A stretch of DNA of 64,000 nucleotides from an uncultured Desulfospira sp. (GTDB lineage: Bacteria; Desulfobacterota; Desulfobacteria; Desulfobacterales; Desulfobacteraceae): the NCBI GenBank assembly GCA_963663165.1, contig OY760175.1, positions 928,001 to 992,000 of the forward strand. Direction: 5' to 3'. This document shows, piece by piece, positions 9,761-20,058 of the stretch. A program made the position numbers and the translations under genes. The first letter of the stretch is position 1. Every line of letters starts with the position of its first letter. Below the pieces are notes generated by a model. It did not search any database, was not told the origin of the DNA, and saw nothing but the letters and a program-made list of their open reading frames with translations.

Positions 9761-11326
9761 ATGACCATAGGCACCTACGAAGAATACAAAAATAGACTGC
9801 TCAAAATGAAGCCCAATGTCTACTTAAACGGCAAAAAGGTGGACCGTTCCGGCGACTGGATCGATGGGGGGTGTTATGTAATGAAGCAAACCTATGATTT
9901 TGCCCACAACCCGGAGTATGAAGATGTCTGCACGGCCACATCCCATCTGACCGGCAAAAAAATCAACCGGTTCACCCATATTCACAGGTCCCAGGACGAT
10001 CTGCTTAAAAAACAGCTCATGACCCGGCTGCTCTGCCACCGGGTGGGCGGCTGTATCCAGCGCTGCATGGGGACCGATGCCTTGAACGCCCTGGCGGTTG
10101 TTACCTATGATTTAGACCAGGCCTGCGGGACCAGTTATCACGAACGCTTCAATAAGTATCTGCTCTATTCCCAGGAAAACGACCTGGTGGCCAACTGTGC
10201 CCAGACCGATGTCAAGGGGTCCAGAAATCCCAAGTACAAAAGGGCCCATATGCAGCCGGACCCGGACCAGTTTGTCCATATCGTCAAAACCGATGTGGAC
10301 GGTATCGGCATTGACGGCCAGCCCTGTAAGGGGATCATTGTCCGGGGCGCCAAAATCTGCAACTCCAATGCGCCTTATGTGGATGAAATCATTGTCACCC
10401 CCACCAAATTTATGGGACAAGGGGATGAGGCTTATGCGGTCTCCTTTGCCCTGCCCGCGGACTGGGACAATGTCAAACTCATGGCCCTGCCCGGCCGGCA
10501 TCACCGAAGAAAACATTTAAAAGCCCCCTTTGCCGAAGTCGGGGATGTGGAATCTTTGACCATTTTCGATGACACCTTTGTTCCTGAAGAACGGGTGTTT
10601 TTGAATGGTTACGACCATCCTGACGCATTTCAGTATGCCGGCTATCTGGCCTTGATGTTCGCCCACTTTCACCGTCACTCTTACACCGGGTGCAAGACCG
10701 CCGTCTCAGAAGTCATCGCGGCCCAGGCCGCCCTGGTGGCCGATGTCAATGATATTGCCAAACAGCATCATGTCAGGGATAAGCTGTGTGATATCATCAG
10801 CACGGCAGAACTTGTATTTGCTGCGGGCCAGGCCTCTGCCCTGCGGGCCGAAGAGTTTCCCAACGGGTCCTTTGTTCCCGATGAAATTTTGACCAATGCC
10901 GGCAGAAAACTGGCCGGTCAGAAAATTTACCATGAATATGAGACATTAGCCGACTTAACCGGCGGGGTCTGCGCCTCTCTGCCCACGGAAGAATCCTTTT
11001 ATGATCCCGAGACGGCAGAACTTTGCAATAAATATATTGTCAGAAATCCCGACTACACCCCGGAAGAAACCCACCGGGTCATGCGCATGATGGAAAACAA
11101 ATTGTGTGATGCCTTTGAAGGGGCCCAGGCCGTGGCCGGTGTCCATGGGGGCGGCTCTCCGCTGATGGAGACCATCACCATGATGAGCCGGTATGACCTG
11201 GAACCCTTAAAAAATATTGCCAAATTCCTGGCAGGCTTTGAAGGGGTCAAACTGCCCCGTTACGAACGCAAAACAGCCACGCCAAGAGCCATGCTGGACC
11301 GGTTTAAAAAAACAAAACAACCATAA
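9761..11326 (+). CDS. abfD: 4-hydroxybutyryl-CoA dehydratase-like [4Fe-4S]/FAD enzyme (AbfD/HpaB family)
   Basis: Cluster ligand motifs CIQRCMG and HRHSYTGCK; AQTDVKG; HGGGSP. Confidence 0.85.
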   Translation: MTIGTYEEYKNRLLKMKPNVYLNGKKVDRSGDWIDGGCYVMKQTYDFAHNPEYEDVCTATSHLTGKKINRFTHIHRSQDDLLKKQLMTRLLCHRVGGCIQRCMGTDALNALAVVTYDLDQACGTSYHERFNKYLLYSQENDLVANCAQTDVKGSRNPKYKRAHMQPDPDQFVHIVKTDVDGIGIDGQPCKGIIVRGAKICNSNAPYVDEIIVTPTKFMGQGDEAYAVSFALPADWDNVKLMALPGRHHRRKHLKAPFAEVGDVESLTIFDDTFVPEERVFLNGYDHPDAFQYAGYLALMFAHFHRHSYTGCKTAVSEVIAAQAALVADVNDIAKQHHVRDKLCDIISTAELVFAAGQASALRAEEFPNGSFVPDEILTNAGRKLAGQKIYHEYETLADLTGGVCASLPTEESFYDPETAELCNKYIVRNPDYTPEETHRVMRMMENKLCDAFEGAQAVAGVHGGGSPLMETITMMSRYDLEPLKNIAKFLAGFEGVKLPRYERKTATPRAMLDRFKKTKQP

Positions 11327-11345
11327 CAAAGGAACCCTGTGCTAA

Positions 11346-11870
11346 ATGATCAAAAAATTTAATAAAATTTTATTTGCCACCGACCTGTCCGTCAATTGTA
11401 AATACGCTTTTACCTATGCCACGAGCCTGGCGGTCCACTATGACGGGGGCATCACCTTGCTCCATGTCATGGAAGATATCCAGGATTCTCTGGATTCCCG
11501 GCTCAAAGCCATGCTCGGCCAGGAAAAATGGGATATGATACAGCAAAAGCAAAAACATGACACAAGGTCCATTCTCATTGGCAAAAAAAGTGAACTAAAG
11601 CAGATCCGGGAGGCCCTGACCACTTTTTCTGAAGGGGATCCAGCTGTCAAAGGCCGGTTTGCCGTTGAAAACATTCTGGTTAAATCAGGCCAAATCGTCG
11701 ACACCATAATTGAAACAGCCAGTGAAGAAAACTGTGACCTGATTGTCATCGGGTCCAATAAAACCCTGTTTTCAGACTCTGTTTCTTTAGGCAACCGGGC
11801 CAAATCCCTTTTTAAACGTTCAAAAATTCCCATCTTGATGGTGCCGCCCCTGCCGTCTGATGAAGAATAA
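11346..11870 (+). CDS. Universal stress protein
   Basis: KILFATDLS, LLHV, DLIVIGS and PILMVP motifs. Confidence 0.9.
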   Translation: MIKKFNKILFATDLSVNCKYAFTYATSLAVHYDGGITLLHVMEDIQDSLDSRLKAMLGQEKWDMIQQKQKHDTRSILIGKKSELKQIREALTTFSEGDPAVKGRFAVENILVKSGQIVDTIIETASEENCDLIVIGSNKTLFSDSVSLGNRAKSLFKRSKIPILMVPPLPSDEE

Positions 11871-11883
11871 AAGGAAATATAAA

Positions 11884-12660
11884 ATGACACTAACCGATAA
11901 AGTAGCCATTGTCACCGGTGCCAGCCGGGGCATCGGAAAGGCCATCTGCTTAGGGCTTGCCAGAGAAGGGGCCAGCGTGGTGGTGGTCGCCCGCAGCGAT
12001 CAGGTCAAAGACGAACGCTTTCCCGGGACCATCCATGAGACGGTGGAGCAGATCACTTCCCTTGGGGCAAAGGCCATTGCCGTCAAGTGCGACGTCACCA
12101 AAGAAGAGAGCGTCAACCAGATGATGGACAAGGCCATTGAGGCATTCGGAAAGGTGGACATCCTGGTGAACAACGCCGGTGTGGCCTTTTACTACCCCGT
12201 GGTTGAAACGCCTTTAAAGCGGTGGGATCTGGTTTTGGATGTCAACCTTAAGGGGACCTTTCTGTGCACCAAAGCGGTGCTGCCCCAGATGATGGACCGA
12301 AAAAGCGGCTCCATTATCAACATCTCCTCCCTGGCGGCCGACGAACGGGACGAGGGCACGGTTCCCACAGGGCTTGCCTACAGTGTGGCCAAGGCCGGGG
12401 TGGACCGGTTCACCTATGGGCTTGCCACGGAAGTGGGCAAATACAATATTGCCGTCAACTGCATCAAACCCAAAAATGTGGTCCGGACCGAGGGCATGGA
12501 ATACTGGATGCCCAAAGAGGCCCAGGGCAACTGGGAATCACCGGACCGGATGGTCAAATGCGCCGTATTTTTAGCGGCCATGGATGCCGGCCGGGTCACG
12601 GGCACGGTTGCCACCGACATTGAGCTGTGCGGATGGCACGGCCTGGACCAGGGAGCATAA
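11884..12660 (+). CDS. Short-chain dehydrogenase/reductase
   Basis: TGASRGIG, NNAG, YSVAK (YxxxK). Confidence 0.92.
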   Translation: MTLTDKVAIVTGASRGIGKAICLGLAREGASVVVVARSDQVKDERFPGTIHETVEQITSLGAKAIAVKCDVTKEESVNQMMDKAIEAFGKVDILVNNAGVAFYYPVVETPLKRWDLVLDVNLKGTFLCTKAVLPQMMDRKSGSIINISSLAADERDEGTVPTGLAYSVAKAGVDRFTYGLATEVGKYNIAVNCIKPKNVVRTEGMEYWMPKEAQGNWESPDRMVKCAVFLAAMDAGRVTGTVATDIELCGWHGLDQGA

Positions 12661-12661
12661 C

Positions 12662-13495
12662 ATGGAGATCAAACGGGTGGGAATCGTGGGATGCGGCATC
12701 ATGGGATCGGGCATTGCACTGCTCTGTGCCCAGAAAGGCTTTGATGTCTGTATCATGGAGCAAAATGAGGCGTTTCTTGAAAAAGGGCTGGCCGCCATTG
12801 AAAGACAGCTGCCAAAGGATGCGGATACCGCACAGATACTGGACCGGATTTCCGGCCGGTGCGACTTTTTATCCTTTGACACCTGCGATCTGGTCATTGA
12901 AGCGGTCACGGAAAATCTGGCATTGAAAAAACAGATTTTTGCAAAGCTCGATGATATCTGCCCGGACCATGCCATTTTAACCTCCAATACATCGGTGCTG
13001 CCGGTCATTGAAATGGCCTCTGCCACGGGAAGGCCCCATAAGGTCATGGGCACCCACTTTCTGACCCCGCCCCAGATTATCCCGCTGCTGGAGATTGTCC
13101 AGACCCTGGCCACGGGCACCGAGGAACTTGAAACCATGCGCCGGTTCGGTGAGGCCCTGGGCAAAAAGGTGGTGGTGTCAAAGGACCGGCCCGGGTTTAT
13201 CGTCAACCGGATTCTCACCCCTATCCTTTTAAATGCCGTCCGCCTCCATGAAGAGGGCACCGGCAGCATGGAAGATATTGAAACCGCCGTAAAAGACGGC
13301 CTTGGCCTTCCCATGGGGCCGTTTAAATTATTGGACCTTATCGGCCTGGATACCATCCAGAAGGGCACCACGGCCATGTATAACGAGCTTAACGACCCCC
13401 AGTACGCCTGCCCGGTCACCATCAACCGCATGGTCTCTGCCGGCTGGCTGGGACGAAAATCCGGTAAAGGGTTTTACGAATACCGCAGGAAATGA
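12662..13495 (+). CDS. 3-hydroxyacyl-CoA dehydrogenase
   Basis: GCGIMGSGIA, EAVTE, SNTS, PGFIVNR, PMGPF. Confidence 0.92.
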   Translation: MEIKRVGIVGCGIMGSGIALLCAQKGFDVCIMEQNEAFLEKGLAAIERQLPKDADTAQILDRISGRCDFLSFDTCDLVIEAVTENLALKKQIFAKLDDICPDHAILTSNTSVLPVIEMASATGRPHKVMGTHFLTPPQIIPLLEIVQTLATGTEELETMRRFGEALGKKVVVSKDRPGFIVNRILTPILLNAVRLHEEGTGSMEDIETAVKDGLGLPMGPFKLLDLIGLDTIQKGTTAMYNELNDPQYACPVTINRMVSAGWLGRKSGKGFYEYRRK

Positions 13496-13504
13496 TGAAG
13501 ATAA

Positions 13505-14170
13505 ATGAGTGATAAAAAACAGACCTTTTTAGACCGATGGGACGAACATGTTCACCGGTTGATCAATGTTACGGCCAAAAAGGCCGATGCCGTTGATGTA
13601 AAGCACCAGCAGATTGTTGAAGGGGCCTGCCAGGTCTTTTTTGAAAAGGGGTTCCACCCTGCCTCCATCCGGGAGATTGCCAAAGCCAGCGGCATGTCCA
13701 TGGGGCAGATGTACCACTACATCTCATCAAAGGATGATGTGCTGTTTCTCATTCACCGGCATTCCCAGATTATCTGGCATAAGCATTTGACCGACGCCAA
13801 ACTGGATGCCTGTGAAAACCCGGTCAAAAAAATGGAGAAGGCCCTGAAAAAATCCATCGAGTTTCTCTTTGACCATAAGGACCTGTTCCAGCTGATCTAT
13901 ACCGAGAGCAAGTACTTAAGTTCCGAACACCTCAAGGTGGTGCTGGAAATGGATGAAAAAAATGTCACCGGGTTCTGGTGTGATCTGGTGGGAGAGGTGT
14001 TTGAATACAAGGGTATACAGGAAGATGTGAAGCTTGCCGGAAACGTTCTGGCATACAATCTGGTGTTTGTGGCCTTACGGGGCTGGAACTTAAAAGACAA
14101 ACCCAAACAGCAGATTATTGATTTTTTAGGGGCGTTTGTACTCAAAGGCCTGGGCCTTAACCTGTCATAA
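13505..14170 (+). CDS. TetR-family regulator
   Basis: FFEKGFHPASIREIAKASGMSMGQMYHYISSK HTH. Confidence 0.92.
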   Translation: MSDKKQTFLDRWDEHVHRLINVTAKKADAVDVKHQQIVEGACQVFFEKGFHPASIREIAKASGMSMGQMYHYISSKDDVLFLIHRHSQIIWHKHLTDAKLDACENPVKKMEKALKKSIEFLFDHKDLFQLIYTESKYLSSEHLKVVLEMDEKNVTGFWCDLVGEVFEYKGIQEDVKLAGNVLAYNLVFVALRGWNLKDKPKQQIIDFLGAFVLKGLGLNLS

Positions 14171-14283
14171 AATGGGTTATAGGTCGCCGGGCGCCGGCTT
14201 AAACAGCGGTGCATTAAGCAAAAATATATTGTCTATTCAATGGATTATGGAGGCTTTTCACAAAATAGAATAAAGGAAAAAAA

Positions 14284-15939
14284 ATGGGAACCCCGTTAAA
14301 CCGCGTCAGGCAACCGCTTGTTAAAACTGAGTTCGAAGTTGAAAAACCCGTATCAGAGTACATCAGGGACTGGGCACTGTTTAATCCCGAAAGAATTGCG
14401 TTGCGATATTATGGCTGGGACATGACCTATGCCGGGCTCGACGAGGCCGTCAACCGGTTTGCCAATGCCCTGATTGGCCTTGGCCTTGAAAAGGGGGATC
14501 GTGTGGCCCTGTATCTGCAGAACTGTCCGCAATTTGTCATCAGTTTCTTTGGCATCATGAGGGCGGGCGGGGTGGTGGTTTCCCTAAATCCCATGTTCAA
14601 GCAGGGGGAACTTGAATTTGAGATCAACGATGCCGGCGCGCGCATCCTGGTGGCCCATGACTATCTGTATCCTGAAGTGCTGAAAATCAAAGACAATGTG
14701 GGGCTCGAGTATGCCATTTTATGCTCTCTTTCCGACTATATCCCCCCATCCCCTGCCCTTCCCCTTCCCGATGAAGCAAAGATCGCCAAACAGCCGTTTC
14801 CGGGAACCTTTGATTTCATCCCGTTTATCAATAATGCGGCCAGCGAGCCTGTCAGCCGTATCCATGAGCTGGACGAAGAGCTGGCCCTGCTCCAATATAC
14901 CGGCGGGACCACTGGCCTTCCCAAGGGTGCCATGATTTCCCACCATACCCTTGCCTTTACCTGCCTTGGGACCATCAGCTGGTTCAAACACAGATACGGG
15001 GATGTATTTTTGGGGCTTACGCCCTTTTTTCATGTCATGGGCATGCAGCAGCTCATGTGTACGCCACTGGTGGCCGGGGCCGAACTGGTGCTCATGCCAA
15101 GGTTTGATCCCACCATCACGGCCAAAGCCATTGAAACCTATCGGGTTACCTTCTGGGTCACTGCCACCACCAGCCTGATCGCCCTGCTGGAAACCCCCGG
15201 CATTGATCAGTATGACTTTTCTTCCCTTCGAATTCTGGGAACCGGCGGAACCCCCATCTCCACCACTATCCAGGAAAAAATCCGGAATCTGTCCCCTAAA
15301 ACCCTTGTGGTGGAAGGGTATGGCTTAAGCGAGTGTACCTCCCACGGCGGATTTCAATCCCCCGTTATGTGTAAAAAGCCCGGGTTTATCGGTATTGCCC
15401 AGTTAAACAAGGTCAAGCTGGTGGATCCCAATGACGGAAAGACCCCGGTAGCCCCTGGGGAACAGGGGGAAATCCTTATCAAAGGCCCCACGGTCATGAA
15501 AGGGTATTGGAACAATCCCGAAGCCACCTGGAACACCCTAAGGGACGGATGGCTTTTTACCGGGGATCTCGGGGTCATGGACGAGGACGGATGGTTCAAC
15601 ATTGTGGGACGCAAAAAAGAGCTGATCAAATGCTCAGGCTTTTCCGTATTTCCCAGTGAAGTGGAAAACCTTCTTTATCGGAACCCGGCTGTACTCGAAG
15701 TCGCCGTCATCGGTGTTCCCGACCCATACAGGGGAGAAAGCCCCAAGGCCTTTATCATGCTCAAACCCGAGTATCGCGATGAGACCACCGAAGAAGAAAT
15801 CATTGAATGGTGCAAGGACAACATGTCAGCTTATAAACGGCCGCGGCAGGTCGCCTTTGTGGAGGATCTGCCCAAAAGTGCCGCCGGAAAGCTTTTAAGG
15901 CGTGTACTGATAGAACAAGAAGAAGCACACAATAAATGA
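14284..15939 (+). CDS. Acyl-CoA synthetase (AMP-forming)
   Basis: YTGGTTGLPKG, EGYGLSE, TGD, PKSAAGK. Confidence 0.93.
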   Translation: MGTPLNRVRQPLVKTEFEVEKPVSEYIRDWALFNPERIALRYYGWDMTYAGLDEAVNRFANALIGLGLEKGDRVALYLQNCPQFVISFFGIMRAGGVVVSLNPMFKQGELEFEINDAGARILVAHDYLYPEVLKIKDNVGLEYAILCSLSDYIPPSPALPLPDEAKIAKQPFPGTFDFIPFINNAASEPVSRIHELDEELALLQYTGGTTGLPKGAMISHHTLAFTCLGTISWFKHRYGDVFLGLTPFFHVMGMQQLMCTPLVAGAELVLMPRFDPTITAKAIETYRVTFWVTATTSLIALLETPGIDQYDFSSLRILGTGGTPISTTIQEKIRNLSPKTLVVEGYGLSECTSHGGFQSPVMCKKPGFIGIAQLNKVKLVDPNDGKTPVAPGEQGEILIKGPTVMKGYWNNPEATWNTLRDGWLFTGDLGVMDEDGWFNIVGRKKELIKCSGFSVFPSEVENLLYRNPAVLEVAVIGVPDPYRGESPKAFIMLKPEYRDETTEEEIIEWCKDNMSAYKRPRQVAFVEDLPKSAAGKLLRRVLIEQEEAHNK

Positions 15940-15940
15940 A

Positions 15941-16030
15941 CGGGAACTGGGACATGGGACTTGGGATATGGGGAAAAGTGGTCAGGTCCCCTCCTCAGGT
16001 CCCAAGTCCCAAGTCCCAGATCCCATGTCT
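15941..16030. repeat. Inverted heptamer arrays (TGGGAC/T..)n ... (GTCCCAA)n
   Basis: Read directly; related copies at 19088-19165 and 29278-29310. Confidence 0.8.
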
Positions 16031-16206
16031 AAAAAAGGAAAGGAGGTGAACTGCCATTGATGAAGGTCCCTGTGCGGATTTGATGCTGGGGAAAGCAAAT
16101 GCGTTAAAGGGTGTTAAAGAACGGGTTTCAAGTAATGCGGCAGACCCGGCGTCTGCCATGGCCATTTTAATTTAATGACAAACATTTTGAAAAAGGGAGA
16201 GGCTCA

Positions 16207-17214
16207 ATGGTTAAACGTGTGATGGTTATCTTTATAGCAGTCATTGCCGTGCTTTCGGTAAACTTTTCCGTAAGTGCAAAAACAATTACCTTGAAAATTC
16301 AGTCCCACCTGATTCCGATTGATGCGGAGCGAGGCTTAGGCCCATTCAGGGATGCGGTTGAAAAACTGTCCAACGGCGAGATCAAGATCAAAATTTTTGG
16401 CGGCAGTTCCCTTTTTCCCATGAAAGAGGTTTTGGAAGCTGTGGGAAACGGCGCTCTGGACATGGCTGAAATCGCCGAAGGATACTGGCATAAAAAAATA
16501 CCGGTCAGTGAAGTGGCGGGCATGCCCTTTGCCTTTGAGACCCTGGAAGAGGCCAACGTATTTATGTATAAAAGAGGGTATGCGGAAATGTTAAAGCAGG
16601 AATATGCCAAATTCAACGTTTATCACATCCCTTATGAGTCTTACCCCGTCGGCTTGATGACCAACAAATCCATCAACACCTTTTCCGATGTGGTCGGCTT
16701 AAAACTGCGGGCATACGGTGTTATGGCTGAATGGCTCACTGAAATGGGCGCCTCCACCACCTATATTCCGGGCGGAGAACTCTATACCGCTCTGGCCACC
16801 GGCGTGGTTGACGGGGCCCACTGGGGGGATGCCTATCCCATGTTTATCATGAAGTTCCAGGAGGTCCTTAAAAACTACATGCTGCCCGATCCCATCGTCG
16901 GGGCATGGAACAACCTGATCGTGAACATGGACACCTGGAAAAAACTGACCCCGGTCCAGCAGGCAATTATTGAAAAAGCCGCCCTGGCTCAGGGGACGCT
17001 GCATTCCGCCGACACCCTGATTCTGTCTGAAATCGCCAGAAAGGATATGAAAAAAGACTGGAAGGTCAACATCAATACCCTGTCCGACGAAGAGTTAAAA
17101 AAGATGCGGGATGCCGCCATCGTTGTCTGGGATAAAATTGCCCAGAAAGATCCCCTCAATGCCAAGGCAATCGACATGATGAAAGCGTTCCTCAAGGACA
17201 TCGGGCGCATCTAA
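16207..17214 (+). CDS. dctP: TRAP transporter substrate-binding protein
   Basis: Signal peptide; GLKLR; ELYTALATGVVDG. Confidence 0.92.
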   Translation: MVKRVMVIFIAVIAVLSVNFSVSAKTITLKIQSHLIPIDAERGLGPFRDAVEKLSNGEIKIKIFGGSSLFPMKEVLEAVGNGALDMAEIAEGYWHKKIPVSEVAGMPFAFETLEEANVFMYKRGYAEMLKQEYAKFNVYHIPYESYPVGLMTNKSINTFSDVVGLKLRAYGVMAEWLTEMGASTTYIPGGELYTALATGVVDGAHWGDAYPMFIMKFQEVLKNYMLPDPIVGAWNNLIVNMDTWKKLTPVQQAIIEKAALAQGTLHSADTLILSEIARKDMKKDWKVNINTLSDEELKKMRDAAIVVWDKIAQKDPLNAKAIDMMKAFLKDIGRI

Positions 17215-17263
17215 ATCAAATGGTTCAGGATGTAATTTTCAAAAACTTCAAGGGGGTGAGGCA

Positions 17264-17770
17264 ATGCTCGACAGTATTCTAAAGCTGATCGATACCATCA
17301 GTGAATGGTCCGGCAAGGCGGTCAGCATGCTTATAATTGTGTTGGCGCTGATCGTAGGGTATGAGGTGGTGGCCCGGTATGTGTTTAAAAGCCCGACTTT
17401 ATGGGCCCACGAACTTTCTGCCATGATGTTCGGCACCTTTATCATTATCGGCGGGGCCTATACCGCTTATGAAAAGCTTCATGTCAATATGGACCTGGTT
17501 CACAAATCTTTGAGTGTCCGGACAAGGGCGCTGCTGGATATGGTCACTTTTTTCATCTCCTTGACGTTTTTGGGAACCCTGATCTGGGTCGGCGGGAAAA
17601 GCGCCGTCAAATCGGTTACCATACTGGAACACGCCTCCACTCAGTGGGGGCCCCCCATCTATCCGCTCAAGGTCATGCTTCCCATAGGGGCCTTGTTACT
17701 GCTTCTTCAGATAATTGCCAAATTCATTCGTGATGTAAGGACGCTTATCAGCGGAAAGGAACAGCACTGA
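17264..17770 (+). CDS. dctQ: TRAP small permease
   Basis: EVVARYVF.SPTLWA.E; HVNMD; 4 hydrophobic segments. Confidence 0.92.
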   Translation: MLDSILKLIDTISEWSGKAVSMLIIVLALIVGYEVVARYVFKSPTLWAHELSAMMFGTFIIIGGAYTAYEKLHVNMDLVHKSLSVRTRALLDMVTFFISLTFLGTLIWVGGKSAVKSVTILEHASTQWGPPIYPLKVMLPIGALLLLLQIIAKFIRDVRTLISGKEQH

Positions 17771-19083
17771 TGGAAGTCGGAACCATAACCCTTCTCATTT
17801 TCTCCTCACTGATCTTAGGCTTGTTAACCGGGCTTCCCCTGGTGTTTATTCTCGGGGGCCTGGCCGTGATTTTTAATTTCATTTTTCTGGGCCCCAGCAC
17901 GCTATTCATGATTTCGTCCACGGCCTTCGGCACCATGAACGATTTCATCTTAACCTCCATCCCCTTGTTCGTGTTCATGGGCATTCTGCTTCAGCACTCG
18001 GGCATTGCCGAAGCGTTGTTTGACATGATGCACAAATGGGTGGGCGGCATCAAGGGGGGGCTTGCCATCGGCACTATCATCATCTGTACGTTTTTTGCGG
18101 CCATGTCCGGCATCAGCGGTGCGGCCACCGTGACCATGGGGGTCATTGCCCTGCCGGCCATGCTCAAGTACAAGTATAACGTCAAACTGGCCTCGGGCAG
18201 TATTGCGGCAGGGGGGGCCCTGGGGATACTGATCCCGCCCAGCGTCCTGATGATCATCTACGGCATATTTGCCGGAGAATCCATTGGGGCACTGTTTGCC
18301 GGGGGCGTTATTCCAGGCTTTCTTCTCTCCTTGCTCTTCATTGCCTATATTGCCATTCGATGCTACTTCAATCCGGACATGGGCCCTGCCATTCCCAAAG
18401 CCGACCGGGCCGGGTGGCCGGAGAAATTTGCCGCACTCAAGGCCGTGATCCTGCCGATTCTCCTGATTACCCTGGTATTGGGCGTGATCTTTAAAGGTAT
18501 TGCCACCCCGACAGAGGCGGCGGCCATGGGGGCCTTAGGCGCCCTTTTGTGTGCGGCGGTATCCCGGAAACTGACCTGGAGCGTGTTCAAGGAATCCTCC
18601 TTTCACACCCTGGGGCTGTCCTGCATGATCATCTGGATCATCATCGGCGGCTCATGCCTGACCCGGACCTATACGGCGGTGGGGGCCGTGGATTTTATCA
18701 GAGAACTGGTCAGTGCCCTGCCCGTTTCCAAATATCTGATCCTTTTCGGTATTCAAATGACCCTGCTCTTTCTGGGCATGATTCTGGACCCCGGCGGCAT
18801 CATCATGATCTGCACCCCGGTGTTTGTGCCGGTCATTAAGAGTTTAGGGTTTGACCCTGTCTGGTTTGGTGTCCTTTTCATCGTCAACATGGAGATGTCC
18901 TACCTGACACCGCCCTTTGGGTTCAACCTGTTTTATTTAAAAAGCATTGTGCCAAGGAGTGTGACCATGCTGGACATTTACAAAGCCGTCATTCCCTTTG
19001 TGGGAATCCAGGCCCTGTGCCTGCTGCTGCTGATTTTATTTCCGCAGCTGGTCACATGGCTCCCAAGCCTCATTATTAATTAA
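17770..19083 (+). CDS. dctM: TRAP large permease
   Basis: SIPLFVFMG, LGILIPPS, TPTEAA, LTPPFG. Confidence 0.94.
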   Translation: MEVGTITLLIFSSLILGLLTGLPLVFILGGLAVIFNFIFLGPSTLFMISSTAFGTMNDFILTSIPLFVFMGILLQHSGIAEALFDMMHKWVGGIKGGLAIGTIIICTFFAAMSGISGAATVTMGVIALPAMLKYKYNVKLASGSIAAGGALGILIPPSVLMIIYGIFAGESIGALFAGGVIPGFLLSLLFIAYIAIRCYFNPDMGPAIPKADRAGWPEKFAALKAVILPILLITLVLGVIFKGIATPTEAAAMGALGALLCAAVSRKLTWSVFKESSFHTLGLSCMIIWIIIGGSCLTRTYTAVGAVDFIRELVSALPVSKYLILFGIQMTLLFLGMILDPGGIIMICTPVFVPVIKSLGFDPVWFGVLFIVNMEMSYLTPPFGFNLFYLKSIVPRSVTMLDIYKAVIPFVGIQALCLLLLILFPQLVTWLPSLIIN

Positions 19084-19087
19084 CGAA

Positions 19088-19165
19088 CGGGATATGGGAC
19101 TTGGGATATGGGTAAACGCCGTCAGGTCCCTTCCCCAAGACCCAAGTCTCATATCCCAAGTCCCC
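19088..19165. repeat. Inverted heptamer arrays
   Basis: GGGATATGGGACTTGGGATATGGG ... CCCAAGACCCAAGTCTCATATCCCAAGTCCC. Confidence 0.8.
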
Positions 19166-19181
19166 AAACAAAGGACCGATT

Positions 19182-19952
19182 ATGAGCATAAACGTTACGG
19201 ATCAGGACAAGGGCATTCGAATTCTCACCATTGACCGGCCCCCGGTCAATGCCCTCAACGAAGAAACGGTCCAGTCTCTTCTTGACAACATGGTGGAGAG
19301 CGCATCAGATCCCGACATCCGGGTTATCATTATCACCGGGGAAGGCAAATTCTTTGTGGCCGGTGCCGATGTGGACAAACTCCTTGAAGCGGACAGCGGC
19401 AAAGCCTCTGATATTGTCCAGGGGGTCAAAGCACTCCATCAAAAGATGCGCACCGCCCCCCAACCCGTCATTGCCGCCATCAACGGTCTGGCCGCCGGCG
19501 GCGGCCTGGAACTGGCCATGGCCTGTGATATCCGCATTGCCGCAGAAAATGCCGGCATGGGGCTTCCCGAGGTGACGTTAGGGGTACTGCCCGGGGCCGG
19601 CGGCACCCAGATGCTGCCCCGGCTGATTGGTGTTGGAAAGGCCATGCAGCTGATGTTCACAGGCAGAATCATTTCATCGTCCGAAGCATTGGCATTGGGA
19701 ATCATCGATGACATCGCCTCAACCCGGACGGTTTTAGAACAGGCCGTTGACCTGGCAAAGGCCGTGATCAAAAACGCGCCCCTCTCCATTGCCCAGATCA
19801 AGGCTGCGGCCTGGGATACCCTGTCCCTTTCCCTGGAACAGGGGCTTGAAATGGAAACCAAACGGTTTGCACAGCTGTGCGATTCACAGGATAAAAACGA
19901 AGGCATCAACGCCTTCAAAGAACGGCGCAAGGCGCAATTTCAAGGTAAATAG
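19182..19952 (+). CDS. Enoyl-CoA hydratase (crotonase)
   Basis: FVAGAD, GGGLELAMACD, PEVTLGVLPGAGGTQ. Confidence 0.93.
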   Translation: MSINVTDQDKGIRILTIDRPPVNALNEETVQSLLDNMVESASDPDIRVIIITGEGKFFVAGADVDKLLEADSGKASDIVQGVKALHQKMRTAPQPVIAAINGLAAGGGLELAMACDIRIAAENAGMGLPEVTLGVLPGAGGTQMLPRLIGVGKAMQLMFTGRIISSSEALALGIIDDIASTRTVLEQAVDLAKAVIKNAPLSIAQIKAAAWDTLSLSLEQGLEMETKRFAQLCDSQDKNEGINAFKERRKAQFQGK

Positions 19953-20058
19953 CTCTTAGCATTTAGTCTTTAGTTCTGGGCTCCTTTTCGTCAGCTAAAA
20001 GCTAACAGCTAACAGCCAATATCTCTTTTATCAAATTTCATACACGGGAGAAAATTTC

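Noticed and set aside
9761..11326. 4-hydroxyphenylacetate 3-monooxygenase
   Set aside because: Same family, but the Cys/His Fe-S ligands and the acyl-CoA gene context favour an AbfD-like dehydratase
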